A stretch of 64,000 nt of DNA from contig MU058289.1 in the NCBI GenBank assembly GCA_013265495.1, positions 2,479,451 to 2,543,450 of the forward strand, in the 5' to 3' direction. Below, one piece after another: positions 38,391-50,581 of this stretch. The position numbers were made by a program, and so were the translations under genes. Source of the DNA: Vicugna vicugna (taxonomy: Eukaryota). Numbering within the stretch: the first letter of the stretch is position 1; every line of letters begins with the position of its first letter. Below the pieces are notes generated by a model. It saw only the letters and a program-made list of their open reading frames with translations, did not search any database and was not told where the DNA came from.

Positions 38391-40857
38391 GTAAGTGACG
38401 GCAACGCTTCTTCCAGATACTTTCTGAGCCTTGGAACGTGCCTCCTGTATCAGAGATGCTTCACAGGTAGACCTGAGGGTGTGGCAGATCCCACTTTGAG
38501 AAGTGAGGGAATGATTAGGTTAGGGGTCTAGCAAGGTGCAAGACTTAAAAGGGATGAACCTGTGGAGTTTGGAAATACCTGGCCAGTTGGACAGGGACCC
38601 CTTGGGACATAGTGTTACAGGAGAGCTGCGTGACTGGGTCCAGCTGGGGAATGGCGTCTGTTGTGCGGCTTGAGTGGTGGGTCTGCCATAAAGATGCCTT
38701 GGAAGGGTGGCTGTGAGCTTGGAGAGCCAGCCTGTCAGGTGGGGCCCAGGGTGCCCTGCCTTCTTGCCTCTCAGCCTCAGCACCACGCACAGGGCCTGAC
38801 TCCGGGTCATCCTGTTAATAGAGGGCAAAAACATATAAGCTGCCTTTTATGTCAAAGATTTTGAGATGAGTTCCTAAAGAGACAGTGTAACTAAGACACT
38901 TTGGAAATGTACCCCAGTAAGTATTTGAGAAACAAATGTTCTAATTCAGAAGCATCCCTTGGGGAGTGTTTGTAGGGGGCCAGATGCTCAGATTTGGCCT
39001 TCGGCAAAGCTCAGAAAGCCTCCGGCCCCAGGGTGAGCTGCCTTTGAAAGAAAAGCCCATCTCTGAGAAGAAATAACTTTGAGAAGCTCTGAAGAAGGGT
39101 TTGCTTACTTTTTGTGTGGGGAAGAGGGACTTCACAAAAGGTAAGGGAGCCCCAGGGGAAACTCAGTCCGAAAATAGTTCCCTGGATTAACAGAAGGAAG
39201 CCATTGGGGAGCCTTGAGTCAGCTTGGAATGTGCTTTTTCTGATCCTCTCCAGTCCTCTGCCCTGCCCCTCTGGGGCATTTTTCAGAGCTACGTGTAAAA
39301 CCTCTGCTTCTCCTTTGGTGACTGTCCATGAGCCAGTCCGCGTGTCCTGTCTCACTTACCTGGGAGCTCCCAGTGCGGTTCTGACATCTAATCAAAACAG
39401 CCAAGGAAGGCTTCCCCAAGCTTGAGCTCTGGTATTAAATTCCAGTGTTTTGCCCAAAAGGTCAAGGTTCCTTGAGACGGTGAGGCAGGGCCAGACTCTG
39501 GTGATAAACGTAGGATGTTTCCTATTCCCCTTCATCCAACACTGGGATGTCCATCATGAGGGTGTCCCCCAGGGACATGCAGTTAAGGCGCCCGTGTGAC
39601 CACGGCATGGCTCCGCAGTGGCCAGTCGGTTTCTTGTGCCGTTGGGAAGAGGATAGAGATGTGCAGATGCATAATGACACTTTGCATTTCCACCAGCCCC
39701 CTTCCTGTTTCAAAGCAGGCTGTTTCTTGGCACAGTTGATCTTTAAACACTTCTGTGAGGCAAGGAAGAAACAGTCTCAATGTGCAGATGAGAAAACACA
39801 GGGAGGCTGGAGGTCACGGAAAAAGTTCTATTAGTGCAAGATTGAGGGTGGGGTGCCCTGGCAAGGAGGCCTTGGGACACTGGCTGTGCCTGGATGGTCA
39901 CAGGAAGAGCAGACCTCGCTTCCAGCCATGTGCTCAGTGAGGCCTGGAGCGTGTTGGGGCCCTGAGGAGAGCGGCTGGTCCATCCTTGTCTCCTAGCCGG
40001 ATCCAGCTTTCCCTACAGCCTTTGGGGAAGCCACACACCCCGCTGGGGCTTGCCTGCTTTCATCGTAGTGGCCCTGTTGTTTTCTGTCCCCGACGGAGGC
40101 AGTGTCAGCTTACAGCCCATTGTCCACTCATCCTGCCTGCATTCCTGGCCTCCTCCCCTAGCTGGGCCAGCAGCCCCAGGTCTCCTGTTACAGGTCAGGG
40201 AGCTAAATCCCTGTTTGCAAAACACAGCTGAGCCCGGTTCACTTCCTGTTGTTCATGCTCTGCCCCTAAGACCACTCCCAGGGTGACCTGTGGGGTAACC
40301 AAATGGGAGAGGAGGTGGAGGGGAAGGGGACCCACTTGCACAGTAGGTGTCAGATGGGGTTCCCGCCCTCCAAGCCTTCCCCGTGCTGGGGGTGGGACAC
40401 CTAGAGGGATCCGCCCCTTGGGAGGAGCCCACCCACCGCCAGAGCCCAGGGTTGGAGGTCTGCAGGAGAGTTGTGATCCACTGCAGTGAGGAGAGGACGA
40501 GGAGGGGCTAGGAATTGGGGGCAGCAGAGTGGAGATTGTGGAGCAGTGAGCAAGCCAGGTAACTTCCCAGCACAGTTACTGGAAGGAGAGTTGAGACTAG
40601 AGGAATAAATCAGGGTGGAGATGGTAGGGGCCTCCTGTGTTAGGCTGGGTTGTCCAGAAGTCGCAGGGGGCCCAGGACCTGTTTTGGAATAGAGACAGGG
40701 ATGTGACCAGAGTGGTCTTTATGGAAAATGAGCTGGTGTGTGCTAGCTTGGCGGGAGGACGGAGGGCGGGAACCTGAGCTGGGGTGCGGGGGGCAGGCTG
40801 TGCGACACAACGTGGCCGGAATAGGGACAATCATATACCCTGTTGTGTTCCTTCTAG

Positions 40858-40933
40858 GAAGGCGTTTATAATTCCCCTGATTCCACTTGGCTTGAAGGAG
40901 ACCAAGGATGTTGACTTTTCCGTTGTTCTCAAG
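40858..40933 (+). CDS. RHPN2: RHPN2 exon 4 (76 nt)
   Basis: cttctag|G KAFIIPLIPLGLKETKDVDFSVVLK|gtaaat. Confidence 0.96.
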
Positions 40934-41670
40934 GTAAATCCGAAAGCAGTGGGCACTGGGCTCACTGTTTGATAGGAAAATGTAGAAATTATGTGTCCCT
41001 TGCGAGTGGCCTTAGGCTCAGTGGGCCCAGTGTCAGTTGATTTTGCAGGGTGGCCTTGCACCCTCTCGGTGGCCACCCAGGGAGCCTGTGTCGTCCCGTT
41101 ACGTGCTCCCTTTCTTCTGGTCGCTGGGGCTCCTCGCCTGCCTGGGGAGGGGGTTGGAAACCGGGAGGCCAAGGCAAAGAGGGTCTGTGGTGAATGCATT
41201 TTGAGTTTTAAAATTATATCCTGTTTTAGTATCTTTTTTCTCACATTTTGTATCCAATTTACAAATGTTTTTGGAAGAATAGCCAAAGGTTTTTTCCTCA
41301 ACATTTTATTGTGAAAATTTCCAAACTCCTGGAAAAATTGCAGGAATTTTACAGTGAACGCCTGTATACTCACTATGTAGATTCTCCCATGAACATTTTA
41401 CTGTAGTCACTTTATCACATTTTTGCCCCTTTGTCTATGCTTCCCTGTATCCATCTTATTTTTTGATACATTTTAAAGTAAATCACACAGGGAACGATAT
41501 TTAATATCTTGTAGTAATGGATAATGAAAAAGAATATGAAAAGGATATATGTATATGTATGACTGAAACGTTATGCTGTATACCAAAAATTGACAGAACA
41601 TTGTAAACTGACTATACTTCAATTAAAAGAAAGAAAGAGAGAAAAAAAGTAAATCAAAGATGTTAGAGCA

Positions 41671-41830
41671 GGGAGGGTATAGCTCAGTGGTAGAGTTTGT
41701 GCCTAGCATGCCCAAGGTCCTGGGTTCAATCCCCAAGACCACCATTAAAATAAGTAAATAAACCTAATTACCTCCCTGCCCTAAAACAAACAAAAAACAC
41801 AAAACAACAAAAAAAACCCAAAATTTTAAA
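41671..41830 (+). mobile_element. Vic-1-type SINE
   Basis: gggagggtatagctcagtggtagag...gggttcaatcccc...aacctaattacctccc. Confidence 0.85.
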
Positions 41831-41989
41831 AAAGATATTGGTTCACTGTTCTTAAATAATTGAATGGCTAGAGTTTATGGGCCCCTTGCCCCCTGATTCC
41901 TGGGTGTCTGCCTTCTCTTCTCTGTCTTTCTGTCTCTCCCCCACCTCTCTCTTTCACTCCTTTTCCCTCCCTCCCTTCTTTCCTTACAT

Positions 41990-42096
41990 CTTTTTCTTTT
42001 TTAATACTTTTTTTTTTCTTTTTAAACAGAGGTACTGGGGATTGAACCCAGGACCTTTTGCATACTAAGCATGTGCTCTATACCCATACCCAGCCC
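41990..42096 (-). mobile_element. Vic-1-type SINE
   Basis: T tract followed by gaggtactggggattgaacccaggacc. Confidence 0.75.
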
Positions 42097-42841
42097 ACCT
42101 TCCATCTTTTTTTTAAATAACAACTTTAGAGGTGTAATTTATATACCATACACTTCACCTCTCTAAAGTGAACAGCATCTGGCCTCCTCTGAGGCATGTT
42201 TGTCTCTGGCAAGTAGCTATCCATACCTGTAGGCCCACCTGCGTCTGTCCCTGTGCGGGGTGCTGGTGATGCCCCTAACCCTGCCTTTGGGGCCTGTGTT
42301 TTGGTGGGAGATTCAGGTGGGAAGTGGGAAAGGTGATTTGCTGGAGACACCTAGCGATGCCTTGCCCCCAGGCCAGGGCCAGGAGAGGCCTCTCCACGCC
42401 TAGAATGCTTTTCTCTTCCCCCTTTCCCCAGATCCATCACTCTGAGTTTTAATGAATCACCTCAAACTTCCATTTAGGAGGAGAAGGTGGCAGTAAGGTG
42501 GAAGATGGTGCCTGTCTCTGAGCTTTCCAGCAACAGGCATGATGTTCAGGGATAAATCCCAGCATTGTGAAGAATGCTTCAAAGAATTTTTTTTTTTCAT
42601 AGTAATCCTGTTAGTTGACTCCTCTTGGACAGCTCTCAGTTTAGAAATGAAAAAAAATGATCATATGGCATTTTGGGCACTACAGAATATGTCCTTTTAA
42701 AAAGCAATTGGTTAATGCTTCAAAAGCTTTTGCATTTGACCTCTAATTTCAAGCGGAGGCTGTGGTATGAGTCTATTCCCTTGACATAAGCCCTTTCACT
42801 CAGGGCCTTGTGGATTGTTGCCTTATTTAAATCCAGGTCCT

Positions 42842-42980
42842 GGGGGGAAGGTAGGGCTCAGTGGTAGAGTGTGTGCTTAGCATGCATGAGGCCCTGGGTT
42901 CAATCCCCAGTACTTTCATTAAAATAAAAAACTCAATAAACCTAATTATTGCCTCCGCACTCCCCCCCCCCCCCAAAAAA
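42842..42980 (+). mobile_element. Vic-1-type SINE
   Basis: gctcagtggtagagtgtgtgcttagcatgc...gggttcaatcccc. Confidence 0.8.
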
Positions 42981-45859
42981 GCAGGCCCAAGTCCCGTGGA
43001 GAAGTTTGAGGGTTATTTTGGAGTTTGGGTGGTGGAGGGGCGTTGGCAGTTTTGTTGGACCCAGGATTACCAAAAATTTGATTTTCTGGGTAGAAAACAA
43101 TCTACAGCTATATGCCAGCTTTTCACAAGGTGCCTGAACTTTTAGGTATGATGGTTGCCACAGGTCTGTGAGACTCAAGACAATGCCTATGTCTGTGGAA
43201 ATGTCTTCAGCTGCTTTTGTAGAATAGTTTCTTTAAAATTTAGTTTATTGCCCGGTGTCAGAGCTCCAAGAGTGCAGGCATTGGGGGGTGGGGAGAATAG
43301 GAATACAAACCTCCAATTATATGGTCAATAAGCCATGGGGGTATAATATACAGCATAAGGAATGGGGTCAGTAATACTGTTATAACTTTCTGTGGGGACA
43401 GATGGTTACTAGACATCGTGGCGATCACTTCAGACATATGCATATGTGAAATCATTATGTTCTACATCTGAAACTAACATAATATTATAGTCAGCTGTAT
43501 TTCAATTTAAAAAAAAACATACCTAGAACCACAAAATGTCTGAGTTTGGAAGGAATTGTGAAGGTCACCAAAAATTAAAAATTAAAAAAGAGTGCAGGTG
43601 TTTTAAAGGGAGACTGTTGGAGAAACTTGGGAATTCGATGGGCATCTGTAAGGATCTCAACATGTCATGTGCTGAATTCCACATTAAAGCCAGTGGGGGT
43701 GGGGATCACATGTTGTGGGCACGGCCAACTGCTATTTTGCTGAGGCTTCCAACCATGTCATTTTAGCCTAAAAAGGACTCTGCAAATGTCAGTCATACAA
43801 AAATGAGAATGTTTGGGGGACCTTCTGGTTTTCATTCTATGTTTGTGCTTGAAAGTACCCCAGACACGTGCCACATAGAAGTAGTTTGGCTCACTGAATT
43901 AGGGCAGTTCAAGTTGTCTTTCAGATCTGTATGTATCCATGTGATATTTCACTATCAGTGAAACTTCACGGTCTGATTTTGTTCTATTTCAAATAAATGG
44001 GCTTTACAACAGCTTCAAGAAAAAGCACCAAAATAAATTCACTTTCCAGGAAATTAAAGGTTATTTTTTTCTTTTCAATATGGCTTTATTAATTTATTTT
44101 TCCCATTGAGAACAGTATTACAAAACGTTCAGAAAATACCAAGGCACGGTAAAGGTTTCTCACAGCACTTCCACCCAGCTCTGTAAGTAACTTGCTCAGC
44201 ACTTAATCTGTGGACACCCAGTCTCGTCCTCTGATCAGGCGGGTAGGTGACTCGTTTGGTCCATTCAAGCTTAGCATGGTGGCTGCTGTTAATTTCATTC
44301 TTAAGGCAGCTTCCAAATATTTACTATTGTCAGTGCCTCTGCTCTGAGCATCTTTGCACACTTCACTGAATATTACCTTTGGATAAATTTCTAGATGTGG
44401 ATTTGGTAGGTCAAAGATACACATTACCTAATTACCCACCAGAAGTGGTCCTGCCTTATCCCACCTTGTGTGTGAGTATCACCCAGGAGTTTGCTGGGTA
44501 TCATTATGACTTTGTGCAGTCAGGAAAAAATAATGTTATTACAGTTTGCATTTCTTAGATCAATACTAGAGTTGAATACAATCTCGTGTGTGTTAATTTG
44601 CCCCTGACATTTTTCCTTTTGGAAATACCTTTTTCTGTCCTTTGCTTTTCTGTAGTATTGCTCTTCTGATTTTTTACATGAGTTCTTTTCCACAAGAAGG
44701 ATATTAATCCTTGGTTATATACATAACAAATACTTCTCCCAGTATGTTCTCTCCTGTAACTTTTGTTTTACAAGCCATAACAGTTTCAAAAGTATAATAT
44801 ATCTTCCTTTGCCATACAAATTTTATGTTGTTAAGCTTATCAGTTCTTCCCTTTACAATTCTGCCTTGATGACATGTTCCAAAAGGCATTTCCCACACCA
44901 AGATGACATAAATATTTTGCTTTAGTTTCTTCCAAGGCTTTGTTTAGAAAATTTTAACATTGAATCTGGAATTTGTTTTGTGGTAAAAAAAAAAATAAGG
45001 ATCAGGGCTCTTAACTTTTTATTTTCACTGAACGGGTAGCCAGTTCCATCTGCGATGCTGGATGCTGTCCCTTTCGTCCTGTGCCCCTCCCTCCCCGTCA
45101 GCACCCACAACCCCACCCACCCATCCTGCTCTGTGCCAAGGAGGCAGCTACAGGCTCCTGGCCTGTGGCTTTCTGTTGGGTGTGGCCAAGGGGGAGGAGC
45201 ACCAGCAGCAGATGAGAGGATGGGAGGAGAGGAAAGTTGGGGCTTTTAATTCCTCAGCTCCCTCAGCTGGCTACCTTTTGCCTTCCCCTCCACCAGGAAA
45301 AGTCGTGGTGGCTGTTGGATGCCTATCTCAGATAGCCACCCGCCTTTCCAGGTTCCGTTGCTCCTCCTTCCCCTTGAATTGATTAGATCTCTGGGGCTTT
45401 AATGGCTCTGGAGGTTCTGCCCCAGCCCTGTGGTTTCCTATAACCCTGACCACACCACTGTAAGAGTTTTCCTTCAGTGCCCATCAGGCACACCTTTGTG
45501 TGCCCCTCCTTCCTCCTGGACCCAGTGGATGCTCCAGCCTCTCCCACTTCTGTTTCTGTTACATACCTGATTCTCGAATTTGCTTCAGTCTGTTTCTGTT
45601 CCCTGGCTGGTTTCCTTGTCAGTCCGTTTCTCACTGTTTCATCCCTATGTGGTTTAACACCAAGTAGAGCAAGCCTTCTCTATTACTATACTTTTCCAAA
45701 TGTTCTTCGCTCTTCTTCCATGTTTTGACCTCCATGTTTTGTTAAGTTTCTCCAAAATAGCACTTTTGGGTTTTGGCTGAAATTTCATTAGATGTATAGC
45801 TTAATTTGGACAAAATTGCATCTTTACAATATTATACATTTTCATCCATGAACATATTC

Positions 45860-45980
45860 CTTTTTTGGTGGGGGGGAGTCATTAGATTGATTTATTTATT
45901 TTTTAATGTAGGTACTGGGAATTGAACCCAGGACCTCGTGCATGCTAAGCATGTGCTCTACCGCTGAGCTATACCTTCAT
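45860..45980 (-). mobile_element. Vic-1-type SINE
   Basis: ggtactgggaattgaacccaggacc...ctgagctatacc. Confidence 0.8.
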
Positions 45981-46979
45981 CCCTCTTTTAACTTCTTATT
46001 TTAAGTAATTTCTCCCCTAATTTTAAAAACATTTTTGCCAGTGTCCACAGTAGAACTTGACAGAGCAGGAGGCTACTCTAGAAAGGATACTGTTCTCATC
46101 CTTGGGCATCTCCTGATGGTGGTCCTTAACACTGTTCTGAGGGATGTTATCAGAGAAGCTCTAGAGGAACTTTGTCCCCAGATCATCCTTACTGTAATTA
46201 ATGTCACTAATAACATAATTATATTTGAAAACCATTTCAGATTCTACACTGTGTCATTATAGTAGTAGAGGAGCTGATTTCAAACATCAGCACTTAAAGT
46301 CATAAAGAAAATCTGTAACGGCATCATAGAATGAAGGGAAAAGTTGGATAAAAATGACTAGATTAAAAAACAGAAGGAGCTTTCTGCATATCCTTGGACT
46401 CAGCGAAACGTCTTCTGAAGATGTGTTCTGGGGAACTAATCAGAGGCGTGCACAAGGATGAATCTTTAATCACAAAAACTTACAAATGACTTAAATGCTA
46501 AGGAAAGGGTTAAGAATATCATGGTACACCTTGGCTAGCACACACATAGTAGGTGCTCCAGCAGTGGATAAATGAATTGTACATCCATTCCTCTGGAGGA
46601 TTATATAACCATTAAAAGTTGTGTTGTAGAGTATCTTGTGACATATGAAAACATTTGATATGTTGCCAATTCAAGAAAAAAAAATCAAAGCAAAGTTCAT
46701 TCAATACAATCCCATTTTTGTAACTGGACAGGTATATGTGTATATGGATCTTCACTGAACATGTAAAAAGCAGAAGGGACTTTAATGTAGAAGGTATGTA
46801 AAGGGAATACTCAGAGACACTTAAGAAAACGTAGCTGAACAATCTCTCTCCTCTCAACTCTCTTGCAGCCAGGGAGAGCCAGCACTAAGGAGAACGTCAT
46901 GCAAGAATCCATTCTCCAGACTCTTTCTTCTCCTCTTATTTTCTTCCTGTAATGCTTGCCATCTTCCTATATACGATTT

Positions 46980-47020
46980 TTATATATATATTATATATAT
47001 ATTATATATATATATATAAT
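46980..47020. repeat. (TA)n-rich microsatellite
   Basis: Visible TA run. Confidence 0.9.
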
Positions 47021-47435
47021 TTACTTCTTCGTTGTGCCTGTTACGTATTGCCCATGCTCCCTTGTGGGATGATAAGCTCCAAGGGGAAAGATGCTTGTTT
47101 TGTTCACTTAGTAGCCCCAGCACTGTGACCAGTGCCTGGTGCTCATCAATGTATCCTGTGACTGAATGAACTCACGGGGTGGTCCTCAAACACCTAGTTG
47201 AGGAGGCGGGGGGGTCCTTACAGGGGTGCTTTGGGACATGCCCAGAGCTGCTCTCACAAAGGTTCCCATCACAGACCCTGGCATGAATTTCCTTTGCTAG
47301 AAAGACCCCATGGTCTTCCTGGTACCGAGGGCAGCCCAAAGGATGAAGTTCTGAGCCCCCGAGTATCCGTGATGTTTGCCAGAATTATTTAACTTATAGT
47401 CACTTACACAAGTCATGTAACTGGGCTGCCAAGGC

Positions 47436-47446
47436 ATGTATGTATG

Positions 47447-47477
<31 letters not shown>

Positions 47478-47577
47478 GTATGTATGTATGTATTTATTTT
47501 TGATAGAGGTACTGGGATTGAATCCAGGATCTCGTGCATGCTAAGCATGCTGTCTACTACTCAGCTATACCCACCCC
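47436..47577 (-). mobile_element. Vic-1-type SINE with (TATG)n microsatellite tail
   Basis: (atgt)n at 47436-47493 fused to gaggtactgggattgaatccagg...cagctatacccacccc. Confidence 0.8.
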
Positions 47578-47997
47578 AACTTTAAAAAAAAATTTTTTTA
47601 ATTGAAGTGTAGTCAGTTTACAATGTTGTGTCAATTTCTGGCATACAGCACAATGTTTCAGTTATACATATACACACATGTATTCGTTTTCATATTCTTT
47701 TTCATTGTAGGTTACTACGGGATATTGAATACAGTTCGCTGTGCTATACCAAGACATTTTAAAATAAGAAATAACTTCAACTTCCCTCTTAACTGAAGCG
47801 ACAAAAGCAACGTTTTAAAACACACATAGATAAAGTCAAGAAAATAAATCCCACCACTCAGAAAAATCACTGTAGCCTACAATCTCTCATAAGTTTTTAT
47901 GAATTCTACGTGTATTTTTAAGGGAAGAGGGGTACCTTACTCTTTTACCTGTTTATGGTTTTGAATCACACCTTACAGCATCTCATTTTTCTTACAG

Positions 47998-48075
47998 GAT
48001 TTTATTCTGGAGCATTACAGTGAAGACAGCTACCTCTATGAAGATGAAATAGCAGACCTCATGGATCTGAGACAA
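47998..48075 (+). CDS. RHPN2: RHPN2 exon 5 (78 nt)
   Basis: cttacag|DFILEHYSEDSYLYEDEIADLMDLRQ|gtacgt. Confidence 0.96.
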
Positions 48076-48446
48076 GTACGTTTCTGTGCAGGGCAGGGCA
48101 GGAGGATGGCTGCCGGAGCTCACTGAGTCTTCAGAGGGTCCCATCATCCAAGACAGGATCCCTTGAAGTCTTAAGGAGTCGCTGATGGTCGGGGTCAGAG
48201 TTGATAGGGAGGGGCTGTTGGAACCATCCAGTCAACTTGCCATGTAATAAGACGAGACAGACATGCACGGGAGCTGGGTTCCAGGACTTCTGAGTTCATC
48301 CCAGCCTTTTCCACCTCCCCCGGAGTTTATGATACCAGTAGCGGGGCCCAGGCTCCAGAGAAATAGCGTGTGTTAGCATCTTCCTGGGGGCGGGCCGGTC
48401 TGCTGTGGCTCCCTGCTCACCCTCTGGGTGGTTCCTTTCCTCTCAG

Positions 48447-48571
48447 GCCTGTCGGACGCCCAGTCGCAGTGAAGCCGGGGTCGAGCTGCTGATGAGTTAC
48501 TTCATCCAGCTGGGTTTTGTCGAGAGCCGATTCTTCCCGCCCACCCGACAGATGGGGATCCTGTTTACATG
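48447..48571 (+). CDS. RHPN2: RHPN2 exon 6 (125 nt)
   Basis: tctcag|[43 protein letters not shown]|gtaggt. Confidence 0.96.
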
Positions 48572-49071
48572 GTAGGTGCGGGGGGCTGCTGCTTTCCCAC
48601 CCCTCCTCTGCACTGCCGCCCCTCCTCCTAATTGCCCCATGAATGCAGGGGAGCCCAGACACGTGTGGAGAAACCCATGTTTATTTATAACGGAGTTCCA
48701 CGGAGGGGAGGCGCCCACAGACCGTAGTTTCTGACTTCTCAGAGCCAGCGAGCCGAGGAGAAGAGTCTTTTTTTTTTTTTTTCATGCTTATATTTTCTTG
48801 GGGGAAACACTGGGGCTCTGAGGTGGAACTAACGAGAAGCAAGATTCTCGTCCCAGATGGGCTGCGGGCTGGGAATCAGGGTTTGTCCCAGTGACGAGGG
48901 CAGCAAGCAAATAGATCAGATTTTAAAAACTGAAGAAGCTCCTTTGAGTCTTCCCCAGAGTTGGTATTTTTCAACGATTAATGTTGATTAAACATTTGGA
49001 GATGCTGTACCTCTTCTCTGAGTTTGCTTAGCAGTGTGGCGAAAAAAAATAGTAAAAGGGTAGCGGGGTAG

Positions 49072-49215
49072 GAGAGTGGGGATATAGCTTAGTGGTAGAA
49101 CACATGCCTAGCATGCACGAGGTCCTGGGTTCAATCCCTAGTCCCTCCATTATACAAATAAATAAATAAACCTAATTACCTCCCCGTCTCCCCGCCAGAA
49201 ACTATCAAACATAAA
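49072..49215 (+). mobile_element. Vic-1-type SINE
   Basis: ggggatatagcttagtggtaga...gggttcaatccc...(taaa)n aacctaattacc. Confidence 0.8.
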
Positions 49216-49529
49216 AGAGTAAAAGAATAAATCCCAAGAGGTAAGAGGCATATTCAGAATTAAAGTTCACCGTGGCGGGTGGCTACTGAGGCTTTCCTTT
49301 TGAAAGGAAGAGTATATATCTTTTCCTAAAGATGCATTCGCTGCCTGCACGTGGGTGAAAGGGCCAGACGTGATTCCTCCTTCGTGTTGGTTAGGAAGAA
49401 GCCCCATGTCTACCCCCTGCTTGGTGTGGGAACTTTAAAACATGTCCCAAGTGTTTTAGACTTCAGGAAGAATTCGGAGAGGTTAGTGATAGCTGTATTT
49501 CACTTAGGAGAAGCCTTATATTTTTAAGA

Positions 49530-50220
49530 TACACTTCATTTTTTAGAGCAGTTTTGAGTTCACAGCAAAATTGAAGGAAAGGTTACACGGGATTTCCCGT
49601 ATTCCCCCTGCCCCCGCTGCACACTCAGAACCTCCCCCATTTTGACATCCCCCACCAGAGTGGCACATATGTTACAACCGATGAGCCTACATTGGCACAC
49701 CATCACCCAAAGTCCATCTTTTACATTAGGGTTCACCCTTGGTGGTGTACATTTCATGGGCTTGGACAAACGTATAATAACATGTATTCATACTATAGTA
49801 TCATAAAGAGTAGTTTTTTGCACTGTCCTACAATCCCTAACCCTGGAAACCACTGATTCTTTGTGCTTTCATTGTTTTTGTCTTTTCCAGAATGTCATGT
49901 AGTTGGAATCATACAGTATGCAGTCTTTCCAGATTGGCTTCTTTCACTTAGTAGGAATGCATTTAAGGTTCCTCCATGTCTTTTCATGGCTTTGATAGCT
50001 CATAGCTTTTTTTTTTCCCATTTCTTTTTTTTTTCTTTTTTCAGTTTTATTAGGTAGAATTATTACAGTCTGACTGCACATACACATTATATTGCATGTA
50101 AATACATGTATACAGTATATTGCACATGATAACTCATAGCTTTTTAGTGCTGCATAATTTTCCACTGTATGGATATACCACAGTGTGTTTACCCATTCAC
50201 CTATGGAAGGACATCTTGGC
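49530..50220 (-). mobile_element. L1MC-type 3' end interrupted by a 120-bp younger retro-insert (50007-50126)
   Basis: tttagagcagttttgagttcacagcaaaattga...cccaccagagtgg; insert flanked by TGATA(G/A)CTCATAGC. Confidence 0.75.
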
Positions 50221-50414
50221 CTTCAAGCCTTATTTTTGTGTGTGATTGTGGATGTCTTTATTCAGATAGACCCATCATCTTGCTTGGAAATGAAAGCCTC
50301 ATTGCATGTGCATCTTTGATTTTATTCAAGAAATAAATTTTGTCCATTTTCACCCCTACGTGGCATTAACTAGCCAAGGATTCCATATTCTCAAAACATG
50401 TTTCTTTTCAATAG

Positions 50415-50581
50415 GTATGACTCTCTCACTGGGGTTCCGGTTAGCCAACAGAACTTGCTGCTGGAGAAGGCCAGCGTTCTGTTTAATATTGGAGCCCTCT
50501 ACACACAGATCGGGACCCGGTGCAACCGACAGACAGAAGCTGGGCTGGAGAGTGCAGTGGATGCCTTTCAGAGAGCCGCAG
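50415..50581 (+). CDS. RHPN2: RHPN2 exon 7 (167 nt)
   Basis: caatag|[57 protein letters not shown]|gtatgt. Confidence 0.96.
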
